Source of the DNA: Phoronis australis
Lineage: Eukaryota > Animalia > Phoronida
Direction of reading: 5' to 3'
DNA length: 64,000 nt
Assembly: GCA_002633005.1 (NCBI GenBank)
Contig: NMRA01000084.1
Span: 110,320-174,319, forward strand
The position numbers and the translations under genes are program-made. Below, in pieces: positions 52,602 through 64,000 of the stretch. The notes under the pieces were generated by a model that was not told the DNA's origin, searched no databases, and saw nothing but the letters and a program-made list of their open reading frames with translations. Positions within the stretch are counted from its first letter, which is position 1; every line of letters begins with the position of its first letter.

Positions 52602-53379
52602 CATACATTGTATACATACATATATAAATTATCTACATTTATACATACATCCATACATTGATAGCGAAAACTACGGAATCGATAACATGACCACATTTTA
52701 TTGAATATATTAAATGTTCAAGATGAAATATGGAACACGCTGCTACAATTGTTTCGTTTTTTATGCAAACTCTGAGTTTTTCAAGAAAAACATAAAACCT
52801 ACATAGTGATGGACCTCATACCGAAGTCTACTACTTTAAAGGTAATCCCTAACATGGTTACATACAGCACAGCATCTGAAAGTATCATACTAACCCAATC
52901 ATCAATTTATGAGATATGACTTTCCGAGGTTGACCAAATTTGGATATTTCTCTATGGTCCTAATAACCTTAATTTTCATATTTATTGAGTTCTTAAATTA
53001 CGCTTTTGCAGTTCGTATTTTTGTCTGTTGCAGATTTGTGTTATCTAATAATCAAATCAAGTCAAATCGAATCAGGTAAAATAAAAATAATGAAACTAGA
53101 GTGGTGTCATGAATTGAGAGTTTTTTGGAAAACACGCATATAATAGTCACGGCACTGAAATAACCTACGTTCTGAACGTGACGGATTACATTACTTTATT
53201 TACACATCACACTTGAACACACGGCAATTTATATCTTTTTATGCGGGTTACATGTATTTGCAGGTGCTAATGAAATTCCACAATTCTGAAATTGGTACAT
53301 GCCACTGTATCATTCTGATATGATTCGTGCCGCATGATTGACCATAGGGAAGTTGCCCAGTCTTTCCAAAGATTGACTG

Positions 53380-54250
53380 TGAGAACAGCATAGATGCTGG
53401 TCCAATTTAATGACGGTGGATCGGAAAGTTGGAAAAGCACAAAACAGGTATTGTCTAATTATTATGAGCATGGACATTTACCAGGACAGCCTCTTTACAA
53501 ATTTGTTCCTAATCTTAGGTGGTAAGCGGCCAATTGCATTTTTGACAAGAAAGTTCATTTCATCCGAATCTGTTCATCAAATAAATTACGCCACAAAGAG
53601 TAGAGAGAGGTGAAAGAGAGAGGCAACCAAACCCCTGACAAAGATTTTGGCACTTAGCGACGCCACAAAAATTGCCGATAGCCAAGCCTTTGCTATGGAA
53701 AAAGATACCACAACGTCTAGGTAAAGCGTCGCAAACATGGAATTATGAATACAGGCCGACACGACATCAAACAATACGTATCAAATAAAACGAATTTTTG
53801 TGATGGCAAGTTTTCCACACAGGGGATAAAATCTTGCCAATCACAAATCTGTTACCAATGTGGATTGATCATAAACAGGATCTGTATGGTTACCTTCGGC
53901 GGCGGCATATTGATCTACAAAATGATCGGCGCGCTCACCATACACAAATTGGTTCGCGTCAATGACGTGGTGACGTCGATGACGGTCCCACGGCATGCAG
54001 CTGTGAAAAGTGATGTCATCGCCAAGGAAAAGACAAAATATTATCTACTGATAGACTGTCTAAGCGCGAGCTTGATATTCAAGCAGGTGATACTGTCTTG
54101 GTTGGCAGTGATCAAAATTTGGATATGATCTGAATCCACAAGTAGTTGTGCCAAACAAGGGTAAAATGGTACGACAACAAAAGGAAACTTTACCATGGCC
54201 ATTCGAAATTGCAGCTGCGTTGAAAAACTCCATTGATTTCAAGACATCGA
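53380..54250 (+). pseudogene. Ancient coding relic, tentatively a Ty3/Gypsy integrase C-terminal half
   Basis: Stop- and frameshift-broken frame with ITPQ..RGERERQ, YRPTRHQT and DIQAGDTVLV..YDLNPQVVVPNKGKMV. The order matches recalled Gypsy integrase motifs ITP..NGEVERQ, YRATPH and VGDxVL..YDPxPYxVV..KG. Confidence 0.4.
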
Positions 54251-57200
54251 CTCCGGAGAATGAGAAGGTTGTTTTGGATGAAAACCGTACCGAAACCAAA
54301 ACACCTGTTTCCGGAAATGGCAATAATATTAAGCCCAGAGTTCAGACGTAAGTCAGCACTTATAATGGTTACGTTAAAACTTGATTTTTATTTTTCATGC
54401 ATCCATTTCTATAGTTGTCTGTTAGTTTTGCAAGTAACCCCTTTGTCGAAGTTAACGAGAGATGGAATAATAGTAGTATTCTGGTACTATTAATGTCACG
54501 TGATTAACTTTGGAAATGATGGCATACTCTATTCTTTTAAAAAACTGTGTTCTAGGAATATTCTTGTTTACTGGAAACATGTCGTACCTTACTTACAACT
54601 GTAGAAGTCGTGGTCATTAGCCACATGCACCATCCTTCTACTGTATTACACAAGTTTCCATTGTATTATAGTTCAGTCCCAATAAAGTATTTGACTCAAC
54701 AAGATATTCTTGATACACTATACCAGAATACTACAATATGGAATACCATACATTATACATGCATTGTATAATAATAAATATAGTGATGTTATATTTGTCC
54801 ATGTATTCTAAGGTTGTGCTTGGATCACATTCCTCAGACACCAAACAATACAGAATAACAGTGTAATAGGAATTTTGTTGTCAGTGCATTTGTGGGTAAT
54901 TTTCAACTTTGTGCAGATATCAGTTTCTATAAAGGAGCGTATTATCAGTCCAGACACGGAGTCAAATGCTCACATATATACATGTATATGTATGCTAAAG
55001 TAAGTATGCCACCATAATTGGACACGCATGGTGATAGTAAGATTGTGTTTTATTTGACTGCAGAGGTCCTCGAGTATCTTCTTCAAATCCTATTTATAAG
55101 GTCCGAGACCAGTTTGCCAAAACAGTCAGTTGTCAATTGGCTGCACTATCTAATACTTGGATATGGGATTTGCAAACATTGTCTTGATTTTTGATAACTA
55201 AAATAATGCATTTCCTTGTGATAAAGAAATTTTTCATTGCTCATTATTGCCGAAATACCTTAATACAAGATAAATATTGAACCACAAATCAGCAAACCAC
55301 TCAATACTCCTTGTTGTGGTACATTGGTTGTCTTCTTGACGTCGAATAACGACTAAAATTCCTTTTTGTCTCCATTTTGGGGCATCTCAACCTTATTTAA
55401 TGGTGGGAGTAAATGCATAGTAGTCTTGTCCCAGTAGTGTAAAACAAGAATATACGACAATATTTACTGATCCTCAGGGAACGTTTTGTGATCGACACTT
55501 ACTGTAGAAAGGAATCTAGATTTGGAGGAAGGCATGAATTAAAAACTCAGTTAACTATTTATAGTTCAATTTTACAATTATTTCTTTTGTGATTTGTAAC
55601 AGTTTGTTGCGCTATACTGGATAAATAGCATTTATAATCAATCTCCATAAAAACTGGTCACGTTCAGTGGAACTTTGACATACATGATCTGCTGGTGGAC
55701 ACTCAGTTTAAGTCAAGAACATTCTTGAAACATATGCATGAGCCTGGCACAAGACGACCCAATGTAATCAGCAATCAGTCTCAGATGATTTGGACCTTAT
55801 ATTTTAACAGCTAATTATCACATCATTATCTACCCCAGTAGACACATTTAACAATAATTTTCAATATGTCAAAAGAGTGGACAAAATAGGGCCCGATATT
55901 TAGGGCTAGTGCCATCAGGGTAGACGGGTTGCACCTGTGGTCGTCGTAGACATGATGACCTAAGGTGAAACACCTAGCCGTTGTACTGACGCTTAATGAT
56001 TCCGGCCACTGTATTATTTTGTAACACTTATGAGCTGCCATCCGACCACAGGAGCTGTGACCTCAGTCTCTCGGAAGCTTACCGGCGTGCGCCCGTTGTT
56101 TACTAGAAAGTCACGCGCTGAACAATGAGTGCATTAAATTTACCGAATAAAACCGTGAAGAAAAAAACTTGATTTGAAAACCATGCACATCGTTCGCGCC
56201 TCCTCGTTTTCGGCGGGATTTCCGTTAATCGCAGCACACACGGACTCGGATTTCCTGCACAAGTAGCCAGATAATTAATATACAAAACGGTACGAGTTGA
56301 TCTAAACTGAGAACAATGAAATTAAAAATTAGCGCGAAAGTCTTTCATCAGACTTGGAACAGAAACACTAGTTTAAATCTTACATGTAGCTGTTAAAAGT
56401 GACTTTGACCATTGGTATGAAAACGCGCCAAACCTCACCTTGTGGCAACTTACAGTAATTCTACCACGTGGCGAGTCGTTTCTGATACGCTGACGTGTCA
56501 ACGACGCGGTCGGCCAGTCGTTAATGATGTGTCAATGTTCTTGAAAGAACCAATCAATGAGAAGGTTATAACAGTGTGTTGGACAAACCAATCAGATCGT
56601 CATGCTTGGACGTGATTGACAATAACAAATGCTGCCAATGATGAAATCGACTGAAGCACAAAGCACGCAATAAGTGTGTTAGATGGGTTGACTTTTAAAA
56701 GCAATTTGTGCGCTGGACAACTCCGATGACCGGTACTGCCAGTGATTTATTCGTTTTGACGGTGCATTGCATGCCTTCCACCGAACAGGAGCGCCCCCGT
56801 AAAAATAACATTTGAACAACAAATATTTACTAGGCTTAATCCTATAGGAGCTTGGCGAATGTCGTATGCACGACAGCCTATTTTCACGACTTCAAGATCC
56901 TCGAATTTCATTCAGAACTCGTTTAATTCTTTCGTGTCGTACCATATCCAAACACTGTGGGACACGGCAAGTCACAGGAAGATTATGACTGTTTCAAATA
57001 ATATCAGTGTGTACATGTATGTAAACTTGTCCCTTATTGGTCAGTGCAAAATGGGAGGGTAGGTAACCTTTTTGGCTGGTCAAATGTCGGCCGGGCCCGT
57101 GAACTGACTGAGATTGGAGCATACGTCATCACTGACCAGACCACAACGTCTTGTTGGTCAAACATAAATGAGGTGATCATTGACATGCTTAGGGTTTACT

Positions 57201-59086
57201 CTTCGAGTCAACTCTCACGCGCCTAATTGCATTCGGACGAGTCCAAGCGACTCGCCATAAGGTGACTCTATAGGCTTGCACGAAACCCATAGCCGGTCCT
57301 ACGAAGCACGCTGGAAAAATCGCCCGTATTCGGTGTTTGCAGCCGCAAGTACTGAAGTTTTCAGGCTTGTTAAAGAGACCTGGAACGCGAAAAACAGACT
57401 AAATTGCATTATTCAAAGATGTTCTCTGCTACTGAAACAGATTATTAATTCTTTTCACCAGGTATTTTTACGCTTTGTTCATAAAAATTTTGAAGTTCTA
57501 TTGATGTCAAAGTATTTTTCTTTTAGTTTCAAATTTAAAAAAACGACCTATCGGCTGCTCGTCACTTCGTCGATTTTTCGAGAGCGATCACACATGATAA
57601 ACTGCCGTTAATATCAATATTGTCAGTCAGCTATTTTTCGAATGACTGTGAACGCATGTGGACATTTACCATTAGTGGGTGGGAGATTAGAAACTCTGTG
57701 GTGACCACAGGGTTTTTCCTTAACGCAAATTTCAAAACATTGTGAATTTTGTGATTTTTTTCTGGAAATTAATCAGTCACAGGGAAAAGTGAAAAACTCT
57801 GTAGTAGACGTTGCGAGATAGTGATTTCGTCAGGAATTGTTTAAAATATAATTTTGACGAACTTTCGCGTTCCATGCCTCTTTAAAATAGTTCTATTAAA
57901 CTTAAAACATGATGTCGCAGACTCTAGGGACAATGACCACAATGGTTCCCTGAAAATACACGGACATGCGTGGTTTGATTGTGATTCAGAATATGGAAAG
58001 CCCAGAGACTTTACCAACGAAACGAGAGAGGCGAACAGAAATAGAGTAACAACGGTGGTATTAATGTTTGTAACGAAACACCTTCTCAGTCTGTGAAATG
58101 AAACAAACGGTGATCAGTAATAAGATCTCTCAGTTTTCTGAAATGCCATTTCCGCAACCTCCATGAATGCTCTCAGTCGACGAAGCGCTCAATGTGACAG
58201 CCGTCAGGTATTGATGCAGTAACTAATGTCGAAAGCAAAAAGGCCAAAATACTTGGGCTGAAACATAATAAACGTACAACCTTAATGCTGTATTCGCCAT
58301 TAGTCCTGCTTTATTATCGTAGACTAATTCGACCAACAACGCAGTCACAGCAGTTTGTCGTCTGCTGCAAGAATCACTTATAGGAAACTCCATGGGGATG
58401 TTCAAATAGCAGCGCCTGATTGGTAGTATCGATTTAACAGAACTGTTGCAAGACCTTTGTGGCCAAATTCACTCATTCTTGTACTTGCCGACGACTTAAG
58501 TACTGTCTAGTGAAAGTGACATGTTCGTGAACTTTGTGAACCTGAAAACATTCGCACGCACTCATGAGGTTTAGGTGAAAAGCATTCGGTTTCTTCACGG
58601 AGACGTAATTCCCACAAGAAAAATTAAAGCTAGATTTATGAACCTGTCAGATACTTTTTCACAAAAATTTTGCTCGGGTTATTCGGTAAAATGAAACATA
58701 GCATTAGTTTTGCTATGAGTATGTAGACTAGTGGGGCCGCAGAAATATCTCCCACAACTGACGGAAAGACGAAAATAGACACACTGAAACTTCTTTATTA
58801 TGCATTTAAAACTTGAAATTGATTCGCTGTTTTTAAACAGCGAAACAATAAAATTGATTGGAAATTTTACATCAATGAGCTACAAAAAGCAGGTGAGACC
58901 GTAATTTATCTATTGAGTACATTTTTTCAATCGTCAAACAGGAAGACAACGTCGAAATACTTAAGCTCATTTGGTTCAACATAATCAGGTGATGAATCAA
59001 TAACTCCACTGTTTCACTGTCTTCCGTGGAACGTCTTTCGATTGTCACTACCTATCAAAAAAATTACATTTTCTCTTTTCTTAGGG

Positions 59087-59245
59087 AGAGAGGAAGGGAG
59101 GAAGAGGGGACGGAGGGAGGGCGAGGGTGACGGAGGGAGGGCGAGGGGGACGGAGGGAGGGCGAGGGGGACGGAGGGAGGAAGCGAGGTAGGGAAGGAGT
59201 AAGGGAGGGAGGTAGGGAGGAGGGACATACGGAAGGGGGGAAGGG
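59087..59245. repeat. Purine-rich 21-bp minisatellite
   Basis: About 3.5 copies of gggcgagggggacggagggag followed by degenerate GGA-rich sequence. Confidence 0.92.
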
Positions 59246-60600
59246 ATACATACACACATTAATTCAGTTCCATAATGCAAACACGTATACATGTCCACAA
59301 AATGTCAGCACGGGTAATTCTAGATGACCAGTGGAAGGTATAAAAACCGCTAATAATAAATTAAAGCACCACTGCAAGTGTCATAACTTCGGTCTAAATG
59401 ATCACTTCGGTAATATACTCATACTACGGAAATAGATATCTTTGAAAAGTAAGCCCTCAAGAGCACAAAAAGGTAATTTCAGAAAATTTGATCGTGTCAT
59501 TATATTTCAGTTTGGATTCTTGGACAGAATAACAGCGGGCGACCGGTCAAATGTTCCAAAATTCCAGTTGTCCATATCCTGCCACTGGAGCAAAACACTG
59601 AATGGGCTAAAGGTAAATTCACTACAGTCTTTTCATCATTTTCTTCCAGTCTGACAAAATAATCCGTCTAACACGCAACTACATGTAATTAGAGAATCAA
59701 TATTTTGCGACAAAACGGTTCAAAACCAACGCAAAAATATGCACAAGTAGAGATTGAAATTAGATTTAGTCAATCATCATTTTACAAAAATCACCAAAAA
59801 CAAAATTGAAAAAGCCATACATATGACTCTATTGAAGTGCAGTGTGACTCAGCTCACTGACCGGAAGTCCCAAGCAAAAGGTCATTATGGTCCAATGTAG
59901 CCATGGCAGAGCTGGAACGCTAGTTAATACTTTTGATATTCGGGAAGGATTTTACCTCAGACAGTAGCCAGATGAGAACTTATATCTATCACCCACTAAC
60001 AGCCTATGTTCTTAGCCACTACTTGTTAAGCGCCAAAAGCAACAGCTTTGTAATGGAGTCATTTTATGATAATAAATATCCCGATGTCATAAAGGCACTG
60101 AATAATTAAGTTTTTAAATTTCTTAGTAAATGTCAACAATCTGATATCCCTTGGAAGAACCTGCTGTGTCACTTTCATAGATGAATGGTTATCTGCACAC
60201 AAATAACCCTTTTTTTCTACAATTCAATCCGACATTGTTCAAACTGAACAGCCCTTATAATCAATACTAATCGCTAATTAGTTAAAAATGGGTTAGCTAA
60301 AATGTAAAAAAAGCATAACTGGGCTGCGCACTGTAATCAAGTGAATGGTTCGCATGCTGTCTTTATCTCAATCAGCGTGTTGCATAAATCTGTGGGTTGC
60401 AATTAACTTTTATGTTACTAAGCTGGCCTCAACTTTTAAATCAGATCTAAGGCCTAAATTGTGATTAATGAATCATCGCACGTGGAAGGATCAAATGTTA
60501 CATACTTCACATGGGTGTGCGGTCACACCGTAGGAGCACAAGCGCACGACAACTGTTGGAAGATGTTTCCACAGGAAAAAGAACTTTCAGTGTACATGTA

Positions 60601-62150
60601 TTTACTCTGCGCGTACCAAAGTCTTTTTGTTCTCAGGGATTAAACTTTTCTTCTATTATTATTCTTTCCGACCTTTTCTAGAGATTAATAACTCTCAAAC
60701 GACTCAGCTTCCAACTTTGAAACTTTTCAAGTACGTTTGAGCCATCCACAAATTTTATAAAATATCATACTTTGACTCATACTGGACTGGAAGTGGTCAA
60801 TAGGTGCAGAGGTTATCTAATTTTCAAAATGTTATTTCTCCTACATTTTTCGAGGAATTCTTTTTAATTTCAGTGCACAGGTATATATCTACATGCCAAT
60901 CAAAAGCATCACTTTTCCTAGTAATCAGGTCATCCAATCACAGCAAATAGGTCAAAGGTCATTGTGTACGAATCAAGAGTTTGAGGTAGATACTTCGAAT
61001 TCACACATCTGATTGGTACGTGTAATTGAGTTCCAATCTCAGGTCACTTGGTGCAACCATGGGTTCATTAGGTGTATTTTTCTTCTGAAAATTTTACCTT
61101 TTCACTCAGCATGTATTCTAATGTGTTAAGAGTTAAACAGCTGTGATTCTCAACATCAAAGAACACTTTTCACGGACTTTTCAATAATTCTACTAAAAGG
61201 GCTTATAATGCAGCGGAATGGTCAATTAGTGCAAAAGTCATCTAATTTTCAAAATTATATTTCTTATACATTTTTCAGGGAATTCTCGTCAATTCCAACA
61301 AACAGGTGTAAGCTTACATGCCAACCAAATTCACTACTTTACTAAGCAATCAGGCCATCCAATAAGATAAACAGGCCAAAGATCATTGAGTACGATGGAA
61401 TTTTTAACTAAACACTTCCGATTTACACATGTGATTGATACATGCACTTGGGTTTTAATTCCAAAGCTTCAGGTTAGGTAACCATGAGGTCGTTAAGTGC
61501 ATTTTTCTTCTAAAATGTTGTCCTTTTCATTCATCATGTATTCTGATGTGTTAAGAGTTAGACACTGTGATACTCAGCATTAACAATTTTTTCATAGACT
61601 TCACAATTATTTCACAACAGTGGTTCATTATGCACTGGAATACATGTATGTCAAATACTACAAAGGATATCTAATTTCATTCAACAACTATTCATTTTAT
61701 ACAATTCCTGTTCTACTGTGCCAACAGTTAAACGTAAGTGATTCAACGTTATCCACATTTTTGTTTTCTTGTATAGTTCTGCTATAATGCACAAGCCAAT
61801 GGAAAGATTGTAAACTTTTCAAAAAGTCTCACTCTCGCACTTCAGTCATTATTGTCACTTTCTGATATTAAACTTTCTAGGTTGTAAATACTGTTACCAG
61901 TTATTGATAAACAACTTGACTTCCTCATGTGCGTCAAGCAATTACTATAATTGAGCAATCCATTTCATATAACAAATAAGTGGACATCATTACCGAAGGG
62001 AAACGAACCAATCCTATGCTTTTCTAGTCTGCGCCTCATGTATTACTACTATACAAATAAGATCATGCTGTGCCTGAACTATCCCATGGTCTTGTGTACA
62101 AATGCGATACGGTGCACGCAGCATTATTCTCCGTGTCTATAACAAATATT
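60601..62150 (+). mobile_element. Helentron/HINE-like non-autonomous element with an internal tandem array of ~425-bp units
   Basis: Subterminal inverted repeats ctgcgcgtacc (60607) / ggtgcacgcag (62111). Short ttc/att microsatellite after the left end. Diverged units start at ~60806, ~61231 and partially ~61661 (atctaattttcaaaat). Confidence 0.6.
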
Positions 62151-63518
62151 CCTTTGTCATTTAGAGGTGAAGAACAAGCCTTACTAATAGAAACATGCGA
62201 AACATATTAAATTTTATAGGCGGATTCCAAACCACAATAGCGAGGCAAATAACATCAATTATTACGTGGCGCTCATTTTTCAAAGAGCAGAAGAAAATCA
62301 GAAAACGTTGTTTTTGAAGATATCCGTTTTTAAGTGCGTGTATCTCCGGAACGATATTAATGACTGGACAACCAAATTTTTAATCGAAATATCTTCAAAA
62401 AGCTAGGATCCTATTGTGCACTAAACCTCTAAGATCAAATTTATCTCGCCGCAGAAAATCGAACATGGTAATAATTCTTCTATAGGAAACGTTTTTCACG
62501 CGAGACAGCTATTAAAATTAATTCCCTTGTGTTTTAATCCTGCCAAGCGGCTTGTGTGAAACGTTTGTTTTTTTTCAACTCGCAAATCAGTTGAAACAGA
62601 GGTTAAATAACATACACCTTCAAAGGTAGAAAATTTCATTATTTGGCGCAAGATACCCAACCAAAATCATTTCATTGTCTTAAAACGTAAAGGAATTCCT
62701 CTGCCAAAATGTCAGACAATTACCGTAAAACCCTGCAAGTAAGCCCATACGCCTATATCCGAAATAATGTGCTTTTTCCACAAGATTTTCTATTCAAATG
62801 TCCGGCATGTCGGTGCATGTGCTCCAGTTACGCAATCAAGATCCAATTATAGGCGCACCTAGATTTAAAAATACACTATCGTGCCATTTTATTTCACACA
62901 GCTTGTGGCGTCAGTGACACTCTTGGTAAAATAAAAAGACAAGAGTACTGGTTAAATACTAAAAATGTGAAGTTTTAAAACTCATAGCACCAATATCCGC
63001 AGCACCTCAATTAAGGCAATTTCTACTTCAATGTCCCGCCTATAGGCGCATGCGCCAAAGTCCCGCAATTATGGGCAACTCCACAATTAGACGCATGCGC
63101 TCAATTGCCGGACTAAACGGTTGTCTTCAAGAAATGACAAGTGCTTTGGCAGATTAATGGGAGTTAATATCTTCCCTCACAGCTATACTAGTTATGTTTT
63201 GGTAGAAACATTTCATGCTCGATGTCCATTTCCAGTTCTCTCATAAAATAAGGTTCCAATCAAAAAAGGTTTCCAGTGTCCACTGCGTTTACGCTTCTTG
63301 ACGTACCCTATTATGGAAAAGCGTATAGCTAAGTAAATGGGTGTTTTTCGTTTATAATTGAATTATAAATGTTTTGTCTTTGCTGTTAATTAATTTCATA
63401 GTGGAACTGGGGCAAAAGTTCTCGTTAGATTTTTTCATTTGTTTTATATAAGATGAATCTATACTATAAATGTTATTGGCCCGTAGGCACACATATAAAG
63501 TATAACATGGCAAAGTCG

Positions 63519-63633
63519 TTATCCCACGTGATCTAGAGCCCTCAAGGATTTTGGAGAATTATTGGCCGAGGGAGTTAGCCCCGAGGGTGATAACTCTATA
63601 AAATTCACGTGGGCTCTAGAAAAGGGGGATAAC
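63519..63633. mobile_element. Imperfect palindrome resembling a Crypton-type non-autonomous element end
   Basis: ttatccc..tctagagccc pairs with gggctctaga..gggataa around a central ccgaggg..cccgaggg core. The family assignment is inference. Confidence 0.5.
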
Positions 63634-64000
63634 TACTGAGAACACGTAATATTCTATTTATACCACATACTGAACGAGAAACATTGCACTGAATCATCTA
63701 GTACCTTTCTCGACACGCCTCGAGTTTTGTAACTACTTTCTATGTCAGGGGCCTGAGATCGCAAGTCGTGACCTTTTAAGAAGCGCCGAGTTTTTCTTGT
63801 TAAAATGATGTTTTTACTTGAAATCAAATAAAATTTAAAACAAAATAGAAATAATGTGACTCTGTTAAATAATTTTTAAGCAACTAGTCTAACTTACTAC
63901 TCATCGTTTCATGCTAAGCTTCCACCGTGAAAATATCGTCTGCTAAAGTAGGTTACCAATGGTTACTGATTATAATGTCCAAGTCAAAGGATCCCAACGA

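Overview
This is eukaryotic, AT-rich, repeat-rich invertebrate DNA. A marine lophotrochozoan-like animal is plausible, but that is inference. Two genes are well supported and they converge. (1) On the + strand is the 3' part of an inversin (INVS)-like gene: eight phase-compatible GT-AG exons between 2292 and 24546, encoding the KHEQLRKDAA signature, three IQ-type motifs and the stop codon. Its ankyrin exons lie upstream of the window. (2) On the - strand is a complete two-coding-exon vasopressin/oxytocin-type GPCR (33417-32457 and 31143-30827, about 425 aa) with several substitutions at normally conserved ligand-pocket positions. The rest is intronic or intergenic and full of transposon relics: nested hAT-like and Tc1/pogo-like MITEs, an internally deleted Kolobok-like element, a 5'-truncated LINE with a 13-bp TSD inside a (TACA)n tract next to a tRNA-like module, an inverted pair of ~400-bp repeats 7.4 kb apart (possibly LTR-derived), a Helentron-like element with a tandem array, and probable Academ, Gypsy and Crypton remnants. 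There is one 340-bp assembly gap. I found no CRISPR array, rRNA or prokaryotic system, and no wholly new system that I can support. The best novelty candidates are the pocket-divergent receptor and the inversin C-terminal architecture. All homology statements come from recalled motifs, not database searches.
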